Positions 60,768-64,000 of a stretch of 64,000 nucleotides of DNA are shown here, in pieces (position 1 is the first letter of the stretch; each line of letters starts with the position of its first letter). The position numbers were made by a program, and so were the translations under genes. Origin of the DNA: Candidatus Latescibacterota bacterium (GTDB taxonomy: Bacteria > Latescibacterota > CBDEFO01); assembly GCA_965248755.1 (NCBI GenBank), contig OZ252149.1, positions 1,792,001 to 1,856,000 on the forward strand, written 5' to 3'. Under the pieces are notes generated by a model. It was not told the origin of the DNA. It worked only from the letters and a program-made list of their open reading frames with translations, and made no database searches.

Positions 60768-62693
60768 CTACAGATTGTGGATCGGCACTGGCTCGAACTG
60801 ATCGGCCAGTTCGAAGCCGAAGACCTGCGAGTAGAAGTAGAGTTCAGCATCGAGGGCGCGCTTTATGTTCTGGGCGCTGCGGAAACCGTGCTGTTCGCCC
60901 TCGAACGGGACGTATGCGACGGGCAATCCTTTCTTGCGCACAGCCTCGACCATCAACTCGGCCTGACTGGGCGGGACAACTTCGTCTTCGAGCCCCTGGA
61001 AGAGGATCATCGGGCACGAGAGCCGATCGGTAAAATGGATGGGCGAACGCTGCCGGTAGAGATCGCGACACGCGGGGTATGGACCGATCAGCCGATCCAG
61101 ATAGCGCGACTCGAACTTGTGCGTCTCTCGTGTTAATGCCTCTAAATCGCTGACTCCATAGTAGCTCGCGCCGACATGGAAGCAGTCGCGGAACGCCAGC
61201 GCACATAGCGTCGTATAGCCGCCTGCACTGCCTCCCTTGATCACGAGCCGATCGCCGTCCACCTTACCCTGCTCTACGAGGTAACGCGCGCCGTTTGCGC
61301 AATCGTCAACGTCAACTACCCCCCACTGGCCATCCAGCCTGCCACGGTACGCCCTTCCGTAGCCGGTGCTGCCGCCGTAGTTAACATCCAGGACACCGAA
61401 TCCGCGGCTGGTCCAGTACTGAATCTCTAACTTGAGAGCACTTGAGGTTGAGCTTGTCGGCCCGCCGTGACTCTTGACAATCAGCGGGGGCAACTCTCCC
61501 TCGGGAGCCACGTAGTCACGATTCGCTGGCGCATAGAAGAAGGCGTACGCTGTGAGTCCCTGCTCGGTCGGAAACTCAATCGCCTCCGGGATCGAGAGAT
61601 ATCCGGGGTCAATCGCTATTTCGCTGGATCGGCGCAGCACATCTATCCGCTCTGAAGCAAGGTCGAGATGGACGATGGATGTAGCTTCAGTCGGCGATCC
61701 GGCACAGAAGGCGATATGCCCGGGAGCAGCTTTGAGGTCCGATATATGGGAGTAAGGAGTCTGAATCACCTCTAGACTGTCCGACGCTGTGTCGATGCTC
61801 GCCAGGCCACATGCCCCGTGTCTGGTGTAGGTGCAGACGATGCGATCCTCCGACTCGAAGGCATAGGTGCACATCCCGAAGAGCCATCCTGGAACTCCGA
61901 ACTCAGCCTCCATCTGGACTAAAGGCTCCACCTGCCCGTCTCTAAAGCGGTAGAGATTCCACCAGCCGTTTCGGTCGGAGACAAAGTAAATGTTTCCATC
62001 CGGCGACCACTCCGGCTGGAAGATGGATTCGTCAATGTCCCCCGCGACTCTCTCAGCTTGACCCAGTGAGCCGTCCGCCTTCAACTCTCCGACCCAGAGT
62101 TCTGTCCCGTCCCACGGCATGTTCGGGTGGTTCCAGGTAAGCCATGCCAGATGAGACCCATCAGGGTTAAGGCGCGGTGAGGAGTAGAAGTCGTTTCCGG
62201 AGACGAGGACCTGAGGCTCCCCGTCACCTCCAAGGTCCAGGATCACAAGGCTGTTGACAGCCTCACGCCCGCTGTGGGTGTGGTCCTCACATACGCAGAT
62301 CATCCTTCCCCTAAACTTGTCAATGGCACCGTCGGCATAGCGCAGATCAGCCTCGGGAGTGATCGGTCGCGGTTCGGAGCCAGGATCCTGGCGGTAGATG
62401 CGCTGATCACTGAAATTCGAGAAGTAGACCGTTCCATCAGCGACTGCGAAGGCGCCGCCCCCGTACTCGTGGGAACGCGTCCGGGCGTTGAAGGGAGATG
62501 CAGTTACATCGGTCGTTCGCCCATCTGGAGTCCTCCGCACGATGACGTTCCGTCCACCCTCCCCCGGGCGCATCTCGACCCAGTAGACATCTTCGCCGTC
62601 AAGCTCAATCTCCCCCAGACCGACACTATCGGAGACGATCAGATCAGAAGTAATCGGTGATCTCCACGAACCGTGCGGCGCTGCTTGAGACAT
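60768..62693 (-). CDS. S9-family (prolyl oligopeptidase/acylaminoacyl) peptidase
   Basis: [28 protein letters not shown] nucleophile, D.VVPP, GEQHGF. Confidence 0.95.
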   Translation of the reverse strand: MSQAAPHGSWRSPITSDLIVSDSVGLGEIELDGEDVYWVEMRPGEGGRNVIVRRTPDGRTTDVTASPFNARTRSHEYGGGAFAVADGTVYFSNFSDQRIYRQDPGSEPRPITPEADLRYADGAIDKFRGRMICVCEDHTHSGREAVNSLVILDLGGDGEPQVLVSGNDFYSSPRLNPDGSHLAWLTWNHPNMPWDGTELWVGELKADGSLGQAERVAGDIDESIFQPEWSPDGNIYFVSDRNGWWNLYRFRDGQVEPLVQMEAEFGVPGWLFGMCTYAFESEDRIVCTYTRHGACGLASIDTASDSLEVIQTPYSHISDLKAAPGHIAFCAGSPTEATSIVHLDLASERIDVLRRSSEIAIDPGYLSIPEAIEFPTEQGLTAYAFFYAPANRDYVAPEGELPPLIVKSHGGPTSSTSSALKLEIQYWTSRGFGVLDVNYGGSTGYGRAYRGRLDGQWGVVDVDDCANGARYLVEQGKVDGDRLVIKGGSAGGYTTLCALAFRDCFHVGASYYGVSDLEALTRETHKFESRYLDRLIGPYPACRDLYRQRSPIHFTDRLSCPMILFQGLEDEVVPPSQAELMVEAVRKKGLPVAYVPFEGEQHGFRSAQNIKRALDAELYFYSQVFGFELADQFEPVPIHNL

Positions 62694-63045
62694 CCTGTTT
62701 CTCCCTCCTTGAGATTGCTTCGTGACTCTATACCTGGCAATGACCCCAGTAAAAGCTTACTGTGACCGAAGACGAAATGCAAACATGTCGTTGCGACCCC
62801 CGCCTCCGATTGAATCCCCGATTGCTTCTATCGGGGATCTGGGGATCGGAGGTTAACCCGAGGGAAAGAAGCACCAGCCTGCCGCTTCAAGAAGTTTATT
62901 GAGCTTTATTCGGGATGTGGCTTCCTTACCTGACATTCAGCTTCCATGTCTCCCCGCGGTTTTCAAGCGTCATAACTGGTTATGTGGCGAGATTTCTTTC
63001 ATTTCCATACATTTGGGAAAAATACAGCAATGAACGATCAGTAGA

Positions 63046-63429
63046 TCACCTCAAATTTTTGTCCGATTTCAATAATGAACGAATTCCCTCTCCAGACAAG
63101 GGTTCATCCTTAAAACGTGGAATAACGTGCATATGAGCATGCAAGACTTCTTGACCACCAACTCTTTCACAATTCCAACCAATGTTGTAGCCGTCTGGTT
63201 GAAAGTTATCGTCCATCCATGATTTCACCGTTTTGAGAAGTTCAAATGTCGCTATTATTTCTTCTTGAGTAAGTTCAAATACTGTTCTCCTATGTTTTAC
63301 CGGAATAATAATCCCAGAATGCCTTAAAGCTCCTTGGTATTTTTCATTTTCGACGTATAGGACAATGTCGTTGCGAAAAATAATTTTGTTATCATGGTCG
63401 TTTTCTATTGGACAGTACGGGCAAACCAT
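63046..63429 (-). CDS. HIT-family protein (cassette-borne)
   Basis: CPYC, PDGYNIGWN..GGQEVLHAHMHVIPR. Confidence 0.9.
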   Translation of the reverse strand: MVCPYCPIENDHDNKIIFRNDIVLYVENEKYQGALRHSGIIIPVKHRRTVFELTQEEIIATFELLKTVKSWMDDNFQPDGYNIGWNCERVGGQEVLHAHMHVIPRFKDEPLSGEGIRSLLKSDKNLR

Positions 63430-63443
63430 CGTGAATGATTTCT

Positions 63444-64000
63444 TTAGTGATTTGTCATTACACATAACGTCAGGGCCGAGCCGACGCCGAGGACGGCTCG
63501 GCTCGAGAGAATGGTTAGGCTGCTGATCAAATGTTTTATCCAAAAACGTTGGATAATCTTTCCATTTGGTTCTGATAATTCCTCTGAATCAAAAATGCCG
63601 CCATTACGGAAAATTGTTTTTCTCGAGGCCTCATTGGTTTTATCGCAAGTGACAAGCATCTCGCTAATCCCTATACATTTAGCTTCCTGAAGCATCATTT
63701 CAAGGATTTTGGTGGCATGCCCTTTTTTGCGAAAAGATGGACCCACACCATATCCAATATGGCCACCCTCTTTCATTAACGCTTCGGTAAGTCGATGCCG
63801 CAAATTTGATGCGCCGACCATCTTTCCGGCATTATCAAGGAACCAATAACTTGAGTTCGCAACAAAACCTTTCGGCAAATCTTTCCCTTGCGAGTTATCT
63901 GAAAGCTTTCGAACCAATGTAGGGAAATCGTCATGAGGAAAATTTAGTGGAAAAGGGACTAAGGGTTCACTCCCAAAATCGGAAATGAACCGTTTATAAG
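63444..64000 (-). CDS. GNAT acetyltransferase, 5'-partial (frame open to the window edge), cassette-borne
   Basis: VGASNLRHRL..GGHIGYGV.PSFRKKG, LVTCD..NEASRKTI..NGG. Confidence 0.88.
   Translation of the reverse strand, partial: YKRFISDFGSEPLVPFPLNFPHDDFPTLVRKLSDNSQGKDLPKGFVANSSYWFLDNAGKMVGASNLRHRLTEALMKEGGHIGYGVGPSFRKKGHATKILEMMLQEAKCIGISEMLVTCDKTNEASRKTIFRNGGIFDSEELSEPNGKIIQRFWIKHLISSLTILSSRAVLGVGSALTLCVMTNH
63462..63520 (-). other. Integron attC recombination site (59 bp)
   Basis: Minus strand GCCTAAC-CATTCTCTCGAGCCGAG...CGGCTCGG-CCCTGAC-GTTATGT: RYYYAAC and GTTRRRY ends with an internal dyad. Confidence 0.8.

Noticed and set aside
62928..62985. Second complete attC
   Set aside because: Only the R'' box is clear; the internal dyad and R' are degenerate, so it is not listed as a feature
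63430..63543. N-terminal extension of the HIT ORF
   Set aside because: It reads through the attC and the GNAT 3' end; the real start is likely ATG 63429

Overview
64 kb of a diderm bacterium (several outer-membrane beta-barrel genes). The gene mix (DUF6785 pair, Gfo/Idh/MocA, PhyH, SAF-oxidoreductase) suggests a candidate-phylum organism such as Latescibacterota or KSB1, but that is inference only. From left to right: (1) the end of an IS1380 inserted in a cNMP-binding gene; (2) a ~13 kb, partly decaying signal-transduction island (REC, HDOD, hybrid kinase, beta-barrel/YfiR/CHASE8-kinase triad) bracketed by a duplicated terminator-plus-promoter module; (3) glnK-amtB-porin; (4) a DUF5069 pair with mobile-element remnants; (5) an MshEN membrane protein, a candidate small RNA, GAF-HD-GYP, and a DinG helicase with one exonuclease domain nested inside another; (6) an islet with an OMP gene, a comEA remnant, IS3, a PfkB-like gene and a 4x-repeat membrane protein; (7) a complete sufR-sufCBD...sufSU cluster with korAB, ferredoxins and glutaredoxin; (8) menG, AKR, yqeC, PhyH and acyl-CoA ligase; (9) a tandem DUF6785 pair and an S9 peptidase; (10) integron-like cassettes (HIT, GNAT) with a 59-bp attC at the right edge. 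No rRNA, tRNA or CRISPR array was seen. All family calls are from motif recognition by eye, not from database searches.
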